The notes under the pieces are model-generated. The model searched no databases. It was not told the origin of the DNA and was given only the letters and a program-made list of their open reading frames with translations. Shown one piece after another: positions 5,229 to 6,584 of a stretch of DNA of 6,584 bases. Position 1 is the stretch's first letter; every line of letters begins with the position of its first letter. A program made the translations under genes and the position numbers. The DNA lies in the IMG/VR virus record IMGVR_UViG_2663762945_000004, positions 1 to 6,584 of that record. One strand, 5' to 3'. The stretch is from a virus (Duplodnaviria; Heunggongvirae; Uroviricota; Caudoviricetes).

Positions 5229-6229
5229 TCGTTAAGCCGGGCCGTGAATCCATGCCGGTATTCCACAATACCCGGGTACTGGTGGAGCCGGAACCGAAAA
5301 GCATGCGTAATCTGCCGTCCGGGGTCGTTCCTGCCGTTCGCCAGCCGCTGGCGGAGGATAAATCATTACTGCCATTTTTCAGCGACGAACGAGTGATTCG
5401 TGCTGCTGGTGGCGCTGGCGCATTGTCTGACTGGTTACTGCGCCATGTTAAATCCTGCCAGTGGCCACACGGCGATTATCACCACAGTGAAACCGTCATT
5501 CACCGTTATGGTACCGGCGCAATGGTGTTGTGCTGGCACTGCGACAACCAGCTGCGCGACCAGACCTCCGAATCACTCGGGCAACTTGCTCACCAAAACC
5601 TGTCTGCATGGATGATTGACGTCATACGCCATGCAATGAATGGCTCGCAGGAACGGGAATTATCGCTGGCTGAATTATCCTGGTGGGCGGTCCGCAATCA
5701 GGTGGCGGACGCGCTACCGGAAGCGGTATTACGTCGTTCGCTGGGGTTGCGTGCGGAAAAAATCCGCTCAATGTACCGTGAAAGCGACATCGTACCGGGA
5801 GAGCAGACCGCCACCAGCATACTGAAACAGCGCACAAAAAATCTTGCGCCGCTGCCTCACGCCCACCAGCAACAGAACCCACCACAGGAAAAGACGGTGG
5901 TCAGCATTGCCGTTGATCCTGAGTCTCCGGAATCTTTCATGAAACGACCTAAACGTCGCCGCTGGGTTAACGAGAAATACACACGCTGGGTGAAGACACA
6001 GCCGTGTGCGTGTTGTGGTAAGCCAGCCGACGATCCCCATCACCTGATTGGTCATGGTCAGGGCGGAATGGGGACAAAATCTCACGATATTTTCACGCTA
6101 CCGCTGTGTCGGGAGCATCACAACGAGCTTCATGCGGATCCTCTGGCGTTCGAAGAAAAGCATGGTTCTCAGGTTGATTTAATTTTTCGTTTTCTTGATC
6201 ACGCCTTTGCAACTGGCGTGCTTGGGTAA
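5225..6229 (+). CDS. DUF968-family prophage protein with a C-terminal Cys/His HNH-like motif (putative nuclease or zinc-binding)
   Basis: The track ORF starts at GTG 5225, overlapping the upstream TGA (GTGA); an alternative ATG is at 5252, and neither has a clear SD. The C-terminus CACCGKPADDPHHLIGHGQGGMGTKSHDIFTLPLCREHHNELH matches the motif I associate with DUF968 (YdfU-like) proteins. Family assignment is from memory. Confidence 0.7.
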   Translation: MIVKPGRESMPVFHNTRVLVEPEPKSMRNLPSGVVPAVRQPLAEDKSLLPFFSDERVIRAAGGAGALSDWLLRHVKSCQWPHGDYHHSETVIHRYGTGAMVLCWHCDNQLRDQTSESLGQLAHQNLSAWMIDVIRHAMNGSQERELSLAELSWWAVRNQVADALPEAVLRRSLGLRAEKIRSMYRESDIVPGEQTATSILKQRTKNLAPLPHAHQQQNPPQEKTVVSIAVDPESPESFMKRPKRRRWVNEKYTRWVKTQPCACCGKPADDPHHLIGHGQGGMGTKSHDIFTLPLCREHHNELHADPLAFEEKHGSQVDLIFRFLDHAFATGVLG

Positions 6230-6241
6230 AAGAGGTGACTG

Positions 6242-6584
6242 ATGATCATAGATTTGGTTTTACCTTACCCGCCGACGGTGAACACTTACTGGCGACGCCG
6301 TGGCAGCACATATTTTATCTCGGAGGAGGGAAAGCGTTATCGCCGGGCTGTGGCGCTTATTGTTCGCCAGCAGCGGCTGAAATTAAGCCTGTCCGGAAGG
6401 CTGGCGATAAAGGTGATTGCAGAGCCACCGGATAAGCGTCGTCGAGACCTGGACAATATCCTGAAAGCACCGCTGGATGCGCTGACGCATGCGGGAGTGT
6501 TAATGGACGATGAGCAGTTTGATGAAATCAATATCGTTCGTGGTCAGCCAGTATCTGGTGGACGTATGGGGGTGAAGATTTACC
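6242..6584 (+). CDS. rusA: Crossover junction endodeoxyribonuclease RusA (Holliday junction resolvase), 3'-truncated by the window end
   Basis: Hand translation from ATG 6242 (AGAGGTG SD 4 nt upstream): MIIDLVLPYPPTVNTYWRRRGSTYFISEEGKRYRRAVALIVRQQRLKLSLSGRLAIKVIAEPPDKRRRDLDNILKAPLDALTHAGVLMDDEQFDEINIVRGQPVSGGRMGVKIY. This has the RusA motifs (PPSxNxYxR, DxRRRDxDN, DD). It is missing from the ORF track because there is no stop in the window; track ORF 6235..6435 is in the wrong frame. Confidence 0.85.
   Translation, partial: MIIDLVLPYPPTVNTYWRRRGSTYFISEEGKRYRRAVALIVRQQRLKLSLSGRLAIKVIAEPPDKRRRDLDNILKAPLDALTHAGVLMDDEQFDEINIVRGQPVSGGRMGVKIY

Noticed and set aside
5002-6085. Track ORFs 5002..5304 (-), 5400..5615 (+), 5622..5885 (-), 5640..5825 (+), 5768..6085 (-)
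   Set aside because: They are shadow frames within the GC-rich DUF968 gene. High GC content suppresses stop codons in alternative frames.
6235-6531. Track ORFs 6235..6435 (+) and 6337..6531 (-)
   Set aside because: Both are in the wrong frame or strand relative to the rusA frame starting at 6242, which has clear family motifs.
1-6584. Search for LexA (SOS) boxes CTGT-N8-ACAG, tRNA-like T-loop motifs, CRISPR repeats and IS or transposase genes
   Set aside because: I found no convincing match by eye. The closest LexA-like site has a mismatch and lies inside a coding region. No evenly spaced direct-repeat array resembles a CRISPR array, and no transposase-like ORF is present.

Overview
This window reads as the immunity and early region of a lambdoid, Rac-like enterobacterial prophage. 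A short HTH repressor (3220..3639, minus) sits between two clusters of a repeated ATGTACT motif and is divergent from a Cro-like YdaS-family gene (3719..3973) and a YdaT-family CII-like gene (3970..4395). Downstream on the plus strand are a replication-initiator-like gene carrying two internal GTCAC iteron arrays and a tandem 12-bp repeat (candidate origin), a DUF968-type protein with a C-terminal Cys/His HNH-like motif, and a RusA resolvase truncated by the window end. Leftward (minus strand) are a small YdaF-like ORF, an unrecognised 124-aa ORF with an AT-rich 3' portion, an ~840-bp stretch with no convincing ORF that holds a perfect 22-bp inverted repeat and a terminator-like hairpin, a Rha-family gene, two small ORFs, and a 170-codon ORF running off the window start. 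Two real genes (rusA and the 1..510 ORF) are absent from the supplied ORF track because they have no in-window stop. No tRNA, rRNA, CRISPR array, transposase or integrase was found. The best candidates for something undescribed are the two-gene module at 2384..3003 and the structured non-coding region at 1547..2383. All family assignments are from memory of protein families and need a database search to confirm.
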